DNA of 61,418 nucleotides, from IMG/VR virus record IMGVR_UViG_3300034110_000167, positions 1 through 61,418 of that record; one strand, written 5' to 3'. The notes beneath the pieces were generated by a model. That model made no database searches and was not told where the DNA came from. It worked only from the letters and a program-made list of their open reading frames with translations. Both the position numbers and the translations under genes were made by a program. How positions within the stretch are numbered: the stretch's first letter is position 1; each line of letters starts with the position of its first letter. The stretch is from a virus. Taxonomy: Duplodnaviria; Caudoviricetes. Shown piece by piece: positions 1-9,542 of the stretch.

Positions 1-225
1 CCCGTGACGCACACACATTAGATGATGCCGCGTTTGTGGGTATTCAAATTGACATGACTCGTTCTGAAATCCGAAAGTATTTCCCTGATATTGCTGACAA
101 TATTGATTGGGATAATATTGGCGATGGTTCTGCTGATTGGGCAACCAAGTACACGGAAGAACAAGCTGCCCGTAAAGCTTTAGTCGGTCAAGAATACTGG
201 ATTGGCGGTAATGCCCGTGAGGTAT
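1..225. repeat. Terminal overlap, copy 1 (matches 61194..61418); indicates a circular or circularly permuted assembly
   Basis: Direct comparison: 225-bp match with 3 mismatches (pos 26, 95, 98), all synonymous in the portal frame. Confidence 0.97.
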
Positions 226-1550
226 ATGCTACAGAGGCTAACAGACAAGTTACTGTGGTTGAATGCTGGTTACGCGTTGACCGTGACGGTGACGGTATTG
301 CTGAATTAAAACATTTTATTATTGCAGGTTCAACAGTACTTCTTGAGGAAGACTGTGATATGATTCCGCTAGCCACACTATGCCCATTTGAGGTACCCCA
401 TGAATTCTTTGGTTTATCAGTTGCCGATATGGTACGTCCATCTACAATGGCTACTACCGCTATTATGCGCGGCTTTGTTGAGAACGTTTATCTAACTAAC
501 TACTCTCCTAAACTAGCCGATCCTAACGTAGTTGATTTCTCTGCTCTTCAAAACATGAAGCCTAAGCAGATTATTGCTACTAATGGTAACCCTCAAACTG
601 CTGTTTCTGCTTTGACACCTGACACTATTAGTACAGGTACAGTGCCTCTTCTCGAGTTACTACAAATGCACAAAGAGCAGGCTACTGGTATGGGTAAAGC
701 TGCTCAGGGTTTGAACGATACGTTGTTTGTTTCAGGTAACTCTGAAGAGAAGATGTCTCGTGCTATGTCTGCTGCACAGGTACGTATCCAGTTTATGGCA
801 CGTAGGTTTGCTGAGACAGGTTTTAAACGACTCACTGAAGGTGTATACAAAACTTTGAGATCAAAACTTCGTGGTAAAGTTACAAAGTACTATGACCAGA
901 ATAATCTATTTAAACAAATTGATCCGGGTACTCTACCAGACAACATGATGCTCTATATTGATGTTGATGTCGGTGAAAACAGTAACAGTAACATTATGAA
1001 AAAGATGGTTCAGATTGGTACACAACTAATTCCTGCCTTACAACAGGCCGGTGCTGGTGGTGCTGTTAATCCTGAAGCCGCTGTACGTATTGCTTGTAAG
1101 TCTCTTGAAGCTATGGACTTAGACCCATTAGACTACTTAGTAGACTATACTGATCCTAGTTTTAAAGAACAAGCTAAAAAGTCCAGAGATGCAGAAATGC
1201 AATCTGCTGAGAAACAAAAGCAGTTACAAGAACAAGACTTACAGCTAACATTAGCTCAAAAGCAAGCCACATTAGATTTAACTAATATTCAGTCTAAGAA
1301 CGCTATGCAAGATAACACCAAACAACTTATGGTTGCCTTAGATACCTCTCACCAAAAGTGGGCTGATCTCTATATTAAAGCAGCTAAAGAAGGTGTTGAG
1401 TTGCCACCTAAGCCTGATATTACTGAACTATTAAAGATTGCCCAGCAGACAATCCAAATGTCAGGTGGTATGGATGCATCTCGCCCACAAGGTGGAGCAC
1501 CTATGCCCGAAGTATCTGGTCCGGCAGCTTCTGGTGAACCACAAATGTAA
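1..1550 (+). CDS. Portal protein, C-terminal part
   Basis: VVECWLRVDRDGDGIAEL, PHEFFGLSVAD and a coiled-coil C-terminus, typical of podovirus portals; lies between terL and scaffold/MCP. Confidence 0.88.
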   Translation, partial: RDAHTLDDAAFVGIQIDMTRSEIRKYFPDIADNIDWDNIGDGSADWATKYTEEQAARKALVGQEYWIGGNAREVYATEANRQVTVVECWLRVDRDGDGIAELKHFIIAGSTVLLEEDCDMIPLATLCPFEVPHEFFGLSVADMVRPSTMATTAIMRGFVENVYLTNYSPKLADPNVVDFSALQNMKPKQIIATNGNPQTAVSALTPDTISTGTVPLLELLQMHKEQATGMGKAAQGLNDTLFVSGNSEEKMSRAMSAAQVRIQFMARRFAETGFKRLTEGVYKTLRSKLRGKVTKYYDQNNLFKQIDPGTLPDNMMLYIDVDVGENSNSNIMKKMVQIGTQLIPALQQAGAGGAVNPEAAVRIACKSLEAMDLDPLDYLVDYTDPSFKEQAKKSRDAEMQSAEKQKQLQEQDLQLTLAQKQATLDLTNIQSKNAMQDNTKQLMVALDTSHQKWADLYIKAAKEGVELPPKPDITELLKIAQQTIQMSGGMDASRPQGGAPMPEVSGPAASGEPQM

Positions 1551-1562
1551 TTAATAACACGG

Positions 1563-1598
1563 CCTTCCCACTCAGAAATGAGGCGGGAGGGTTCTTCT
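1563..1598 (+). terminator. GC-rich GAAA-loop hairpin after the portal gene (weak terminator or processing site)
   Basis: CCTTCCC-ACTCA-GAAA-TGAG-GC-GGGAGG followed by GTTCTTCT. Confidence 0.45.
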
Positions 1599-1611
1599 AA
1601 AGAAATAAATA

Positions 1612-1977
1612 ATGGATAAATATCGTAAAGGCTTTGAAGAGAAGATTAAGCCAAAGATGAACCATGAAACAGGTGAATATAAAGTAGAACCTTTTCGTGA
1701 TGCACAAGTAGCACTAGGTCGAGCACAGTTTGTACAAAGAGAACGTGAACAGTTCTTTGGTGAAGCGTACTCAGAAATCCTTGCTGACTTATTTGTATCA
1801 TGGTTAAAAACAGAACCACACGCTCAGAAAGAACGTGAGTTCCTATACCATACGGCTATGGCCCTTGGTAGTGTAAAAGAAAAATTGGTTGGTATTGAAA
1901 TGTACGGTAATAACGTAAAGTTCATAGCACAACAAAATAAAGTTGCCCAAGAGGGGCCAGAGGAAAAAAATGAGTAA
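1612..1977 (+). CDS. Hypothetical protein, head module
   Basis: 121-aa ORF in operon context between portal and scaffold. Confidence 0.75.
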   Translation: MDKYRKGFEEKIKPKMNHETGEYKVEPFRDAQVALGRAQFVQREREQFFGEAYSEILADLFVSWLKTEPHAQKEREFLYHTAMALGSVKEKLVGIEMYGNNVKFIAQQNKVAQEGPEEKNE

Positions 1978-2209
1978 ATATAACAAAGCAAAAGATGTAC
2001 TTGTTCGCAGTCGTGAAGAAGTATTAAATGAACTCGCCCGTACAGGTGAGTCTGGTGGTACTGGTTTAGCCCAACGCTATGCCCCTATCCTTGTATCCTT
2101 ACAACAAGCTATTGATGTTGTTAGTGGGCTACTCGAAGAACCAGTGCAGATGAACTTCGCTGAGAAGATGAAAGCTGCAAAAGAAGCTAAGAAATTGGCT
2201 GTACAATAA
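1970..2209 (+). CDS. Hypothetical protein (start likely MSKYNK at 1970)
   Basis: ORF track 1943..2209; GAGG upstream of the ATG at 1970. Confidence 0.65.
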   Translation: MSKYNKAKDVLVRSREEVLNELARTGESGGTGLAQRYAPILVSLQQAIDVVSGLLEEPVQMNFAEKMKAAKEAKKLAVQ

Positions 2210-2234
2210 TCGGACACAAAGGTAAAATAATTAT

Positions 2235-3371
2235 ATGAATCTATCACATCTCTCTACCAATACCCCTGCCTCAGAAGTGAGCAGTGCGAACTTTGATGAC
2301 GGATACAATAGTAATGATTCGGAAGTAAAGAGTCTTGATGACATTCTACGTAACTCACCTGCAGCTAATCTGCTTGGGTTAAAGGAATCTCTACCAGAAG
2401 AAGACGAAGACGTCCCGAATCCAGATGAATCATCGGAAGAAAAAGAAGCCCAAGAGAACGATGAAGAGTCTGCTAACGACCTAGATGAAAATGAAGAATC
2501 AAAGGATTCTGAAGAAGATAAAGAAGCTGAGGATGATAAGTCTACCCAAAACGCTGATTTACCAACTGAAGAAGATATTGATTGGGAATACCAAGTACCT
2601 GTTACCGTTGACGGTAAAACAGAGTACGTAACCCTAGAAGAAATCCGTAAAGGTTATTCTACTGATAAGCATCTATCTCAAAAGGGGCGCGAACTAGGCG
2701 AGCTGAAGAAGCAACTAGAAACCGAACGAACAGAAAAGTTACAAGAGATTGTTACACTAGGACAGGTAATTCATGAAGAATTAACTGCCGTAGAAACAAA
2801 CCTTGCATCCCAATACCATAAGCTAAAATCTGATATTGATAAGGCCCGAGAAGAAGGTGATACGTACACCGCACGGGAATTAAAAGAACAGTTAGAAGCT
2901 ACCCAAGAAAAGTATTGGACTGCTCGTAATAAAAGAGAAGAACAAACTAAAGCTGTAATTGAGAAAATTCAAATTCAACAAGCAGAGCAACAACAAGTGT
3001 TACTTAAGGAATATGAGTCTAGGATCATTGATCTTATTCCAGATTACTCAGAAAAAGTTGCCACTTCTGTCCGTGAATTTGCTATTAAAGAAGGCATCCC
3101 CGAAGCGCTATTAGGTAGTGTCTATAGCCCCGAGGTTGTCAGATTTATTAACGATTATCGTAAATTAAAAACAGCTAAAGATACTGGTGAAGCAAAACGT
3201 AAAACCGTTCCCGTGACTAAATCTATCCCTTCCAAAAAGGGTACACCACAGTCTCAAAAAGAACGTGAGCAAACTAGCACATCACGACAAAAAGTTCTAT
3301 CTGGTCAAGGTTCTAAACAAGACGAATTAGATTTTCTAAAACGTATTTCTTCAGTAAGCAAAAAACTTTAA
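2235..3371 (+). CDS. Capsid scaffolding protein
   Basis: Acidic N-terminus, VTVDGKTEYVTLEEIRKGY motif, coiled coil; directly upstream of the MCP. Confidence 0.85.
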   Translation: MNLSHLSTNTPASEVSSANFDDGYNSNDSEVKSLDDILRNSPAANLLGLKESLPEEDEDVPNPDESSEEKEAQENDEESANDLDENEESKDSEEDKEAEDDKSTQNADLPTEEDIDWEYQVPVTVDGKTEYVTLEEIRKGYSTDKHLSQKGRELGELKKQLETERTEKLQEIVTLGQVIHEELTAVETNLASQYHKLKSDIDKAREEGDTYTARELKEQLEATQEKYWTARNKREEQTKAVIEKIQIQQAEQQQVLLKEYESRIIDLIPDYSEKVATSVREFAIKEGIPEALLGSVYSPEVVRFINDYRKLKTAKDTGEAKRKTVPVTKSIPSKKGTPQSQKEREQTSTSRQKVLSGQGSKQDELDFLKRISSVSKKL

Positions 3372-3401
3372 TTCAATTCTTACTATAAAAGGAATAATAA
3401 A

Positions 3402-4499
3402 ATGGCCGCAAATAACTTTGCAACTGGTGGTCCTAAGGCCGCCGCTCGTAGCGCATCTGCTACTGGCAACTCCGTAAACGCTGGTGAAAGAGAAGACCTA
3501 GCTAATTTCATTTCTATGATTAGCCGTGATGAGACTCCTTTCCTAAGCTCTATTGGTAAAACTAAAGCTACTGCCGTGTTCCACGAGTGGCAGACTGACG
3601 AACTAGCAGCTCCTGCTTCTGGTGCCGTTGCTGAAGGCGTATCTTACGCTACTCAGAACGCTGCCCAAGGTGCTGAACCTTTCCGTACTCGTCTAGGTAA
3701 CTACACCCAGATCAACTCCAAGACCGTTACCGTTACTGGTACTAAGCGTGCTGTTGATCAAGCCGGTGTTGCCGATGAATACGCATACCAGCTCAAGAAG
3801 CGTGGTACTGAAATGCGCCGTGACGTTGAGTTCGATCTAGTTAACAGCTGGAATAGCTCAAACGGTTCTGGTGTCCGTAAGTTTGGTGGCTACCAAGCTT
3901 GGATCAACACCGCCAGCACTGCACTAAACGTACTAGCTACTCCTGCTGAGTACACCGCACCTACTAACCCAGGTGGTGGTATTGCTGGTACTTTCGCTAC
4001 TGTAACTTCTGCTGATAAGGTTTCACTACAGCTATCACATGTTGATACCGTAATGCAAGCTATCTACGAAAACGGTGGTAAGGCTACTAAGCTTATGGTT
4101 TCCCCCTCAAACCGCCGTGTATTCTCTGCTAAGGCTCAGAGTGCAGGTTCTAGCACCTCTAATGCTGGTGACGGTAACGTTCGCCGCAATATTGATGCTG
4201 ATGGTAAGCTACGTCAGTCCGTTGAGATTTACATGTCTGACTTCGGTGATATCATGGTTGTTCCTAACTACGTTATGGGCATTGCCAACACCAGCGTTTC
4301 AGGTCTCGACAACACCGCTAACTTCAGTGCATTAGTATATGATCCAATGTGGTTCAGCTACGCTTCCCTACGTCCTACCCAAGAAGTTGACTTAGGTCAG
4401 CTTGGTGATTCCATCATCGGTCAGATCGTTGAAGAAGGTACGCTAGAGTGCCGTAATCCTAAGGGTTGCGGTTTGATCTTCGGTCTATCAGGCCAGTGA
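3402..4499 (+). CDS. Major capsid protein (DUF5309 / SU10-phiEco32-type)
   Basis: REDLANFISMISRDETPFLSSIGKTKATAVFHEWQTDEL, GNYTQI, Y.SDFG and EGTLECRN motifs; strong RBS; highly biased codon usage. Confidence 0.93.
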   Translation: MAANNFATGGPKAAARSASATGNSVNAGEREDLANFISMISRDETPFLSSIGKTKATAVFHEWQTDELAAPASGAVAEGVSYATQNAAQGAEPFRTRLGNYTQINSKTVTVTGTKRAVDQAGVADEYAYQLKKRGTEMRRDVEFDLVNSWNSSNGSGVRKFGGYQAWINTASTALNVLATPAEYTAPTNPGGGIAGTFATVTSADKVSLQLSHVDTVMQAIYENGGKATKLMVSPSNRRVFSAKAQSAGSSTSNAGDGNVRRNIDADGKLRQSVEIYMSDFGDIMVVPNYVMGIANTSVSGLDNTANFSALVYDPMWFSYASLRPTQEVDLGQLGDSIIGQIVEEGTLECRNPKGCGLIFGLSGQ

Positions 4500-4518
4500 T
4501 CGGTAAGTAATACCTAAT

Positions 4519-4549
4519 AAAAGGGATGGGAGAAATCCTGTCCCTTTTT
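4519..4549 (+). terminator. Rho-independent terminator after the MCP gene
   Basis: AAAAGGGATGGGA-GAAA-TCCTGTCCCTTTTT. Confidence 0.85.
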
Positions 4550-4564
4550 AATTTAAGGAACACA

Positions 4565-4807
4565 ATGCAAACCCTAAAAATTACTGCAACAAACGGTACC
4601 TCTAAGCTTATTCCATTGGATAACGTATTAGAGCTGGTAGTCAATACCAATTTCTTTATTACTAGCGTAAGCTATGTTAATAACGCCAATTCACCTATCA
4701 CGGTAGCTGTAGCTGCGTATGACGGTACAAATGACAAATATGAATATGGTCATTTAGAAGATGGTTATATTTTCAGCGCACACGTAGCTAACTACAAGAC
4801 ACGATAA
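4565..4807 (+). CDS. Hypothetical virion-module protein (start MQTLK at 4565)
   Basis: AAGGAA RBS before the ATG at 4565; the ORF-track start at 4526 lies inside the terminator. Confidence 0.7.
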   Translation: MQTLKITATNGTSKLIPLDNVLELVVNTNFFITSVSYVNNANSPITVAVAAYDGTNDKYEYGHLEDGYIFSAHVANYKTR

Positions 4808-4819
4808 ATAAGAGGACAC

Positions 4820-5143
4820 ATGGGCTTTCTATCACAAGATAACAACAAAAATAGCTTTACTGTCAAAGACACTAAAGACGATTTCAGACTGGAACAAGAC
4901 GTTTCAGCTTACAAAGAGTATGCAGCTCAACAACGGGAACTAGATAGCTTTTCTAGCAATGGCCGGACATACAGGTCTTTTGCTATTATCCCCGATATTG
5001 TTGCTATTGATATTCTGACTAAATATGGTTTAGATATTCATGGCACAGAATTCATGAGTAACCCTGCTAATCTAAGAAAACTAAAACAAATTATTGAAAC
5101 AGATTACCCGTTACTTAAAACAAGTAATGTAAAAGCTTTATAA
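4820..5143 (+). CDS. Hypothetical protein
   Basis: 107-aa ORF with GAGGA RBS. Confidence 0.75.
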   Translation: MGFLSQDNNKNSFTVKDTKDDFRLEQDVSAYKEYAAQQRELDSFSSNGRTYRSFAIIPDIVAIDILTKYGLDIHGTEFMSNPANLRKLKQIIETDYPLLKTSNVKAL

Positions 5144-5152
5144 GGAAGATAT

Positions 5153-6019
5153 ATGGCAACACCTAGATATGACGCTCTTGTAGCGAAAGTAAGAGATTGG
5201 TCTAATAAACCAGAAGCAAACACTATTGAGGACAGCGTTATTCAGGATTGCCTAAAATATTCCGCTGATGAGTGTTACAGAAAATTAAGAATTCCTCCTT
5301 TAGAAACTACAGTAAGATACACTGTTACCGGGGAAGATAACAGTTCAACAATTGCGTCTCCAAGTAACTATACTTCTTTCGCAATACCTGAAGACCTTAC
5401 ACAGTTTAACTATGTAAGAACTTTTAGGGATAACAATACAAGTATTGTGTTTAATGAGATTACAGATAAAAGAACTTTCTTTGATTCATACAGTGAAAAG
5501 TACTCTACCCATAATTGGATGTGGCAAGATAATAAAATCTTTATCCACCCACAATTAGAAGTAGGATCAGTTATAGAAATTAACTACTATAAAAGATTAC
5601 CTGCGTTAGATGCGCGATACACAGTAGCGCCTATTAACTATCTTATTGGTTTGTCTGATGCACAACAACCATATTTAACACTAGTTACTGAATCAGGCAC
5701 TAACCTATATTTCTCTACAAGTAACTCAGTAACTAAATGTTTTACATCTTATGCTGAAGCTGCTGTATATGCATTACCTGTTACCACAAAAATGTATACA
5801 GGCAAAGAAGTAGATAATTGGCTGAGAGATCAAAATGAAAGATTATTAACTTGGGGTGCTTTATACAACTTAGGCGCTTACTTGTTTGATGATAAGATGG
5901 AACAAAGATATCAATTAAAGTTTACTGAGAATATTGAATCTTTGAATAAAGAAGAAAAATGGCGTAGAAGTCTTGGTGGTAATGTCCAAATGAACTTTAA
6001 TACCAATGGTTTAATTTAA
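5153..6019 (+). CDS. Head-tail adaptor protein
   Basis: YDALVAKVRDW...RKLRIP...NWLRDQ.E.LL.WGAL pattern of podovirus adaptors; position after the MCP. Confidence 0.7.
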   Translation: MATPRYDALVAKVRDWSNKPEANTIEDSVIQDCLKYSADECYRKLRIPPLETTVRYTVTGEDNSSTIASPSNYTSFAIPEDLTQFNYVRTFRDNNTSIVFNEITDKRTFFDSYSEKYSTHNWMWQDNKIFIHPQLEVGSVIEINYYKRLPALDARYTVAPINYLIGLSDAQQPYLTLVTESGTNLYFSTSNSVTKCFTSYAEAAVYALPVTTKMYTGKEVDNWLRDQNERLLTWGALYNLGAYLFDDKMEQRYQLKFTENIESLNKEEKWRRSLGGNVQMNFNTNGLI

Positions 6020-6028
6020 GGAGATTAA

Positions 6029-7927
6029 ATGGCATACGAACAAAAACCAGGATCTACAAGTAGTATTGCTTTAGGTGGTCAATACGATGACCCATTAACT
6101 ACTAACAATTTTGTTTACGATAAAATTAGTGCAGAAGCTGCTGCTAATGCTGCCTTATCTGCACAAGCTGCTGCTACAAGTGCTGCCGCTGCATTAGTAA
6201 GTGAGAATAATGCAGATACTTCAGAAGCTAATGCTCTGGCCTCAGCTAATGCAGCCGCTATTTCAGAAAGTAATGCAGACACCTCTGAGGCTAATGCCTT
6301 AACAAGCGCAAATAACGCAGCTGCATCTGCTACTACTGCAACAACACAAGCAGGTATTGCTACTACTAAAGCAGGAGAGGCATCTACAAGTGCAACTAAT
6401 GCGGCTAACAGCGAAACATCAGCATCTAATAGCGCTATTGCAGCAAGTACCTCCGAGTCTAATGCTGCTATTAGTGCAGCTAACGCCGCAAGTTCTTCAA
6501 ATAGCGCACAATCTTTTGCAACATCAGCATCTAATAGCGCAACAGCTGCAGCTGCAAGTGCTGCCGAAGCCGCAACAATTTTAACTAGCAAGTTAGATAA
6601 AAACAGTAACTTAAGCGACCTTACAAACGTATCAACAGCAAGAACAAACCTAGGTTTAGGTTCTGCGGCTACTCTTAATGCAGGTTCAGCTCTTGGAGTT
6701 GCAACCCTAGATGCCGGTGGTACAGTACCATTATCCCAAATTCCCACATCAATTCAAGGTGGTGTATCTTATCAGGGTACTTGGGATGCTTCAACCAATA
6801 CCCCAACACTTACTTCAAGCGTAGGTTCCAAGGGTAACTATTACGTTGTGTCGGTTGCAGGTAGCACTACACTTAACGGAATATCTGAATGGAAGATTAA
6901 CGACTGGGCTATCTTTAACGGATTAGCTTGGGAAAAGATTGATAACACAGACTTAGTTACTTCAGTCAATGGTTATACAGGTACAGTAGTTTTAACCTAT
7001 ACAGATGTTGGTGGTGCATCAGCGGCACAAGGTGTGTTAGCGGATACAGCAGTTCAACCTGAAGATATTTCTACAATGGCTTATCAATCAAGCTCATCCG
7101 TAAATATTACTGGTGGTACGTTATCAGGTGTAACTTTAGATGATGTTGATGCTATTGTAGGTGCTGATCATCTTCACTTTAAAGTTAAAGCTACTGAAAA
7201 CATTTCTAAAGGTGACCCTGTAAGATTTGTGGGCTTTAACATCGGAGAGGGTGCTATTAAGGTAGCAAAAATTAGTTCATCAGCTCATGTAGCTATTGGT
7301 GTCGCACATGATACTTTAACTAATGGTTCATTTGGAGCTATTGTTAATACTGGTGTTTTAAGAGATATAAATACAAGCACTTATACTGAAGGCACTATTC
7401 TATACCCTGCGGTGGGTGGTGGATTAACTCCTGTAAAGCCAACTAGTGGTTACTACCAAGCTATTGCTTTTGTATTAAGATCTAATACTAACAATGGCAC
7501 GTTACTTATTGAGGCATCTGAGCCACAACTTGTGTTAGGTACAGCAGCAACTACTGATAGTAGTGCATATGCTACTGCAGCCCAAGGTGCTAAAGCTGAC
7601 ACCTCCGTACAACAAACAAGTGCTGTAGGTAGTGCTGATATTCCAACTGGAACTACTGCAGAACGAGATGGATCACCACAAACAGGATATTTTCGCTTCA
7701 ACACTTCATTAGGTAAATTTGAAGGGTATAGCGGAACAACGTGGGGTAGTGTTGGCGGTGGAGCAACGGGTGGTGGAGCAGATGCGGTATTCATTGAAAA
7801 TGATCAAACAGTTACAGCTAACTATACAATTCCAACAACAAAAAATGCAATGAGTACAGGGCCAGTAGCAATTAATAGCGGTGTTACAATTACCGTATCT
7901 AGTGGTGCTCGTTGGGTAGTTATTTAA
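6029..7927 (+). CDS. Tail fibre protein with Ala/Ser-rich coiled-coil repeats
   Basis: Tandem SENNADTSEANAL repeats; NLSDLTNVSTARTNLGLG, YQGTWDASTNTP and FRFNTSLGKFEGY fibre motifs. Confidence 0.85.
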   Translation: MAYEQKPGSTSSIALGGQYDDPLTTNNFVYDKISAEAAANAALSAQAAATSAAAALVSENNADTSEANALASANAAAISESNADTSEANALTSANNAAASATTATTQAGIATTKAGEASTSATNAANSETSASNSAIAASTSESNAAISAANAASSSNSAQSFATSASNSATAAAASAAEAATILTSKLDKNSNLSDLTNVSTARTNLGLGSAATLNAGSALGVATLDAGGTVPLSQIPTSIQGGVSYQGTWDASTNTPTLTSSVGSKGNYYVVSVAGSTTLNGISEWKINDWAIFNGLAWEKIDNTDLVTSVNGYTGTVVLTYTDVGGASAAQGVLADTAVQPEDISTMAYQSSSSVNITGGTLSGVTLDDVDAIVGADHLHFKVKATENISKGDPVRFVGFNIGEGAIKVAKISSSAHVAIGVAHDTLTNGSFGAIVNTGVLRDINTSTYTEGTILYPAVGGGLTPVKPTSGYYQAIAFVLRSNTNNGTLLIEASEPQLVLGTAATTDSSAYATAAQGAKADTSVQQTSAVGSADIPTGTTAERDGSPQTGYFRFNTSLGKFEGYSGTTWGSVGGGATGGGADAVFIENDQTVTANYTIPTTKNAMSTGPVAINSGVTITVSSGARWVVI

Positions 7928-7936
7928 AGGAAATAT

Positions 7937-8815
7937 ATGACAATTATTTTAAATGGAACCACAGGTATTACCAACGATGGTGGATACACAGGTGACGGCG
8001 TAGTCTTTGCCGACACGACCCCTGCGAACACGCTGGTGACGACTACTGGCGGCAACGTGGGTGTGGGGACCGCCACTCCAACTGATATTGCAGGGTACAA
8101 CTCAGTTACTGTTGCTTCAACTACGGGCGGTTGGGTTGAAGTCACTAACGGAACTGTGCGCGGCGCTTTGCAGAACGGCTCCGGTGATGTGACGCTTGAA
8201 ACCCGATCCGTACACCCTTTGATTTTTGGCATCAACGGCACTGAACGCGCCCGTATCGACACCAGCGGTAACTTGCTGGTGGGGACTACGGTTGCCTCTG
8301 TTGGTACGACTACAGGTTGCCGTATTGTAAATGACAGTGGTGTTGCCGCTTCTCGTATGGAGCTAGCAAGCACAGCAACAACAAATTCGGGTATCGGTTA
8401 CTCAATGCTGTCTACTGGCGCTGGCGCGTACCGCTTTTATATTGGTTACGGCGGAAATATTTATGCAACTAGCACATCGATTACTGGCATTTCAGACCAA
8501 AGGCTGAAAGAAAACATTCGTGACTTGGATGACGGGCTGGATGTAGTGTTGGCGCTCAAACCGCGAAAATTTGATTGGAAAGAAGGTAGGGGTAAAGGCA
8601 CTTCAAACGACAGGGGTTTTATTGCCCAAGAATTTGAGGCTGTGCTGCCTGACATGATTGAGCAATGGTTGGACAAAGCCCCTGAAGGCGAGGAACCATA
8701 CAAAGCGATCAATGCAAACTTGATCCCAACGCTGGTCAAAGCCATCCAAGAACTCAAGGCCATCGTTGACGCACAAGGCGCTGAGATCGCCGCCCTGAAA
8801 GGAACACAACCATGA
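7937..8815 (+). CDS. Tail fibre protein with C-terminal intramolecular chaperone (peptidase S74)
   Basis: ERARIDTSGNLLVG; SDQRLKENIRDL...LKPRKFDWK...GFIAQE...LVKAIQEL. Confidence 0.9.
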   Translation: MTIILNGTTGITNDGGYTGDGVVFADTTPANTLVTTTGGNVGVGTATPTDIAGYNSVTVASTTGGWVEVTNGTVRGALQNGSGDVTLETRSVHPLIFGINGTERARIDTSGNLLVGTTVASVGTTTGCRIVNDSGVAASRMELASTATTNSGIGYSMLSTGAGAYRFYIGYGGNIYATSTSITGISDQRLKENIRDLDDGLDVVLALKPRKFDWKEGRGKGTSNDRGFIAQEFEAVLPDMIEQWLDKAPEGEEPYKAINANLIPTLVKAIQELKAIVDAQGAEIAALKGTQP

Positions 8816-9384
8816 GTAAAGTCGCCCTCTCCGGCAACGCCAGCGGCACAGGCACGTTCACAATAGCCAGCCCAAACGGCAACACTGACCGAACACTGAC
8901 GCTGCCAGACAACACTGGCACAATATTGACCACTGCAACAGCGGGTGTGCCTGTGAATGGCCCTGCGTTTGCGGCAACGCCCACCACAGGGCAAAGCGTG
9001 TCTGCTTCTACGTGGACAAAAGTTGTGTATGGAACTGAAGCGTTTGACACCAACTCAAACTACGACACTTCGCTATCCCGCTTTACCCCGACTGTTGCGG
9101 GCTATTACCAAATTTCAGGCACTATCTACATTTCTGCCGGTGTTCTTGGTGCTATTGCCGCAGTATATAAAAACGGCTCCATTTCACTTATCGGCACAGA
9201 TATACGATCGGTAAGCACTGGTTACACAACCGTATATGGATCACAAGTCACTGACCTTGTTTACATGAACGGTTCGACAGACTATGTTGAAATTTACACT
9301 TTTATGTCGGCAGCAACACTTGCAAGTGGCGCTACGGGTCTAACTTGCAAATTCTCTGGTTTCCTTGCACGGAGCGCAACATGA
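8812..9384 (+). CDS. Tail fibre-associated protein with a C1q/TNF-like domain
   Basis: RTLTLPD; FDTNSNYDTSLSRFTPTVAGYYQI...YMNGSTDYVEIY...FSGFL. Confidence 0.75.
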   Translation: MSKVALSGNASGTGTFTIASPNGNTDRTLTLPDNTGTILTTATAGVPVNGPAFAATPTTGQSVSASTWTKVVYGTEAFDTNSNYDTSLSRFTPTVAGYYQISGTIYISAGVLGAIAAVYKNGSISLIGTDIRSVSTGYTTVYGSQVTDLVYMNGSTDYVEIYTFMSAATLASGATGLTCKFSGFLARSAT

Positions 9385-9542
9385 CCTTGTACGAAAAAAT
9401 CAAAGCCCTGTACCCTGAACTTACAGACCGTGACTTCATGACCGTCATCCGCTTGCAGAACGACAGTAATGGGGTGGGTGATTACATTGCTGCGTGGGAT
9501 CACCCCACACTGGCACGACCAACTGAACAGGAACTTACATGA
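9381..9542 (+). CDS. Small XkdW-like tail fibre chaperone
   Basis: MTLYEKIKALYPEL...LQNDSNGVGDYIAAW...PTEQEL; ATGA overlap with the upstream gene. Confidence 0.7.
   Translation: MTLYEKIKALYPELTDRDFMTVIRLQNDSNGVGDYIAAWDHPTLARPTEQELT

Noticed and set aside
1-225. Biological direct terminal repeat
   Set aside because: It falls in the middle of the portal gene and has synonymous mismatches, so it is better explained as an assembly overlap
4497-4513. Ninth promoter copy TGATCGGTAAGTAATAC
   Set aside because: Several mismatches in the core and it sits directly before a terminator; noted only as degenerate
6115-6747. Ala-rich antisense ORFs (also 18222..18539 and similar)
   Set aside because: Shadows of GCN-rich sense genes
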